IMG/VR virus record: IMGVR_UViG_3300046779_001348
Location: 1-34,220 of that record
Reading direction: 5' to 3' (one strand)
DNA from: a virus
Lineage: Duplodnaviria; Caudoviricetes
DNA: 34,220 bases
The notes under the pieces were generated by a model. It was not told where the DNA came from. It did no database searches and saw only the letters and a program-made list of their open reading frames with translations. Numbering within the stretch: position 1 is the stretch's first letter; each line of letters opens with the position of its first letter. Both the position numbers and the translations under genes were made by a program. Shown one piece after another: positions 33,580-34,220 of the stretch.

Positions 33580-33887
33580 ATCGTCACCTTGAATGTGTCC
33601 ACGGCCCAGGGCGGCTTGGTCGATGGTGCAGACTTCAGCGCATCCAGTTGCTCTTGTAGCCTTGATTTTATTAGATGACGGTCATTTTGGATAGTGTCCA
33701 AATCCAGCCAATGTGCGACCTGGGCTTCAGACAGGTCAGGCGTAATTTCGTACTGTTTTCGCATCGTCCAGTAGCCCTCGGTCTCTACCGAAAGGTCACC
33801 GTCAGTCGCTTTGACACGGTATTTGACCGACTTAAGAACACCGTCCGCAATGACGGTCTCAGAGATTTTCCAGTCAAACGCGGTCAT
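33576..33887 (-). CDS. Hypothetical fibre-associated protein (103 aa)
   Basis: Start moved to ATG 33887 (MTAFDWKIS...[10 protein letters not shown]...KPPW). Confidence 0.75.
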   Translation of the reverse strand: MTAFDWKISETVIADGVLKSVKYRVKATDGDLSVETEGYWTMRKQYEITPDLSEAQVAHWLDLDTIQNDRHLIKSRLQEQLDALKSAPSTKPPWAVDTFKVTI

Positions 33888-34220
33888 TTGGCCACCCTTG
33901 GGCGTTAACCACGGCAATCAGTTCCTCAACGGACGCGCAAGCGGCAATCGCAGCCTCCAGGCGGTCGGCCTCGGCAATGATGGCAGCACGTTTGGTGGCC
34001 ACCGCGTCAGGAATGGCAACGTCACGCTCGGCCTTGCGAATTACCGTCCAGTCGGTATGGGCCAGCATAGAACCGGCAGTCTGTTTGACCTGGGCGATCC
34101 ATTCGGACTTCAGACCTTTGGTGACCAGGCGGATGCTGGAATCAACCATCGAATCGGTTTGAATGTCATAAACCTTGACCCACATTGGGTTTCCCTGTTC
34201 GTCCACTTCCTCGCGGTCGT
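33874..34220 (-). CDS. 3' part of the junction-spanning tail-fibre chaperone-like gene (starts at 314)
   Basis: LAHTDWTVIRKAE...IPDAVATKRAAI...WP motif; the frame is open to the window end. Confidence 0.85.
   Translation of the reverse strand, partial: DREEVDEQGNPMWVKVYDIQTDSMVDSSIRLVTKGLKSEWIAQVKQTAGSMLAHTDWTVIRKAERDVAIPDAVATKRAAIIAEADRLEAAIAACASVEELIAVVNAQGWPNDRV
34094..34220. repeat. Terminal overlap (right copy)
   Basis: Identical to 1-127. Confidence 0.97.

Noticed and set aside
1-34220. Lysogeny module (integrase, CI with S24 peptidase, ParAB) or alternative genetic code
   Set aside because: None is recognisable, and all core genes are intact under the standard code.

Overview
The window is a complete, circularly permuted genome of a P22-like podophage of about 34,093 bp. 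Positions 1-127 are identical to 34094-34220, and one gene reads through that junction. The host is probably an aquatic proteobacterium (inference). The minus strand carries terS/terL, portal, scaffold, P22-type coat, fibre and lectin proteins, gp4/gp10-like tail hub, three ejection proteins, a lysis cassette, and a middle region (RusA-like, Ref/HNH-like, Dps-like, GroES, small basic proteins). The plus strand (18655-22868) carries an early operon of small cassette-like genes plus ERF, a YqaJ/lambda-type exonuclease and SSB. I recognise no integrase, CI repressor, DNA polymerase, helicase, primase or full-length replication initiator. The most unusual signals are non-coding. (1) A C4-type antisense RNA with its cis a1/b1 target is followed by a ~250-nt multi-stem, pseudoknotted element, in a genome that keeps only the C-terminal half of a replisome-organiser protein; this is a candidate RNA-controlled or RNA-primed replication system. 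(2) A ~90-nt pseudoknotted RNA follows the capsid gene. (3) An AAACSGTTT-like box lies in or beside nine predicted sigma70 promoters. (4) A repeat-bounded early gene-cassette array. Also notable are a 462-aa protein with a convergent, overlapping, separately promoted small gene (toxin/immunity-like), a secreted 6-Cys peptide, and an AT-hook overprinted inside groES. All family assignments come from motif recognition by eye, not from database searches.
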